From NCBI GenBank assembly GCA_043820925.1, contig JBDRDL010000070.1, positions 1-15,287 on the forward strand: a stretch of 15,287 nucleotides of DNA, given 5' to 3'. Of this stretch, positions 14,496 to 15,287 are shown piece after piece (position 1 is the first letter of the stretch; the number at the start of each line of letters is the position of its first letter). The notes below the pieces were generated by a model. That model did no database searches and was not told where the DNA came from. It saw only the letters and a list, made by a program, of their open reading frames with translations. Source of the DNA: Methanobacteriota archaeon (GTDB lineage: Archaea > Hydrothermarchaeota > Hydrothermarchaeia > Hydrothermarchaeales > JACRDW01). The position numbers and the translations under genes are program-made.

Positions 14496-15287
14496 TTACT
14501 CCTGGATTGAAAATGTCAGCAAAACCGCTGCAAGAAAAGCGAGCAAGGCTCCATACAGGAAAGTCGCAGACGCACCGAGATACTGCCACAGAGCGCCTGC
14601 AATCAAGCTCGCTGGCAACGCTGCAATGCCGAGTATGGTATGGAAAACGCCGAATGCGGTGCCTCTGGCTTCAGCCGGCACCAAGCCCGCAATGTATGCT
14701 TTTTGAGTTCCCTCCATGAAAGCGTAATAAATGCCGTAGAGTGCGAAGAAAAGCAGGATATGCAGCGTAGTTTTTGCAAACATAAAACCTATGCAGGTGA
14801 AACCGAAGAGTGCGTATCCCAAGGTGATTATATGCTTTCTGGGCAGTCTGTCAGAGAGCATTCCTGCAGGCATTGCAAAAATTGCGTATACGACATTGAA
14901 AAGCAGGTAAAAGAGAATAATTCTCTGCTCCGGTATTCCAATCTCCTTTGCCTTCCACATAAGAAAAACATAGCTGAAGTTTGCTAGAGTGAAAATCGTT
15001 GCTATCAGCAGGAAAATCTTGAACTTCCTGCTCAGTGCTGTGAAGGTAAGCCCGAGCGAAATCGAGGAAGGCTCTTTTCTTATTTCCTTAACGAAGGAGA
15101 TTATCAGGAGTGCTGAGAGAAACGCAGGAAGTGCAGCAATTAGGAAAATCTGCCTGTAGCTGAAATAAGCTACCAGAGAAAATGCAACGACAACTCCGAG
15201 TGCTGCACCTGCGGTATCCATTGCCCTGTGAACCCCGAAGGACTTTCCATAAAATTCTGCATCTGTTGAATCCGCTATGAGCGCATC
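14496..15287 (-). CDS. MFS transporter, 5'-truncated by the window edge
   Basis: The frame stays open to the window end (DALIADSTDAEFYGKSFGVHRAMDTAGA...). Motif G.LSDR..RK, RGTAFGVFH, multiple TM helices. Confidence 0.85.
   Translation of the reverse strand, partial: DALIADSTDAEFYGKSFGVHRAMDTAGAALGVVVAFSLVAYFSYRQIFLIAALPAFLSALLIISFVKEIRKEPSSISLGLTFTALSRKFKIFLLIATIFTLANFSYVFLMWKAKEIGIPEQRIILFYLLFNVVYAIFAMPAGMLSDRLPRKHIITLGYALFGFTCIGFMFAKTTLHILLFFALYGIYYAFMEGTQKAYIAGLVPAEARGTAFGVFHTILGIAALPASLIAGALWQYLGASATFLYGALLAFLAAVLLTFSIQE

Noticed and set aside
816..14987. Many short antisense or alternate-frame ORFs in the track (e.g. 1284-1841, 6194-6604, 9242-9586, 10597-10950, 14640-14987)
   Set aside because: They lie largely within well-supported genes and look like shadow frames.
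1..15287. CRISPR array, tRNA/rRNA, integrase or transposase
   Set aside because: No regularly spaced direct repeats, cloverleaf or rRNA-like segment, or recombinase/transposase motifs were seen by eye.

Overview
Most likely an archaeal chromosomal region: TATA/BRE-type promoters, GGAGGTG-type SD sites, frequent AGA/ATA codons. The taxon cannot be determined from the sequence. The backbone is a futalosine (menaquinone) cluster, mqnD-mqnE-mqnA-mqnC on the + strand, facing a long - strand run: MFS, two DtxR-type boxes, feoB, a Cys-rich small protein, DtxR-FeoA, DtxR, UbiD (MqnL-like) and, further on, UbiA (MqnP-like). Between ~3.75 and ~9.65 kb this backbone is interrupted by mostly AT-richer accessory pieces: an orphan membrane-anchored protein; an antitoxin whose RelE toxin gene is split by a ~465 bp insert carrying a membrane protein; a small-protein/nucleotidyltransferase pair; a second nucleotidyltransferase with a bacterial extended -10 motif; and an OFA-family MFS gene. 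The most striking signal is that this MFS gene has integron gene-cassette architecture (GTTAGGC core upstream, GCCTAAC plus L-box plus hairpin downstream, 17/19 identical inverted ends), with the attC truncated and no integrase in the window.
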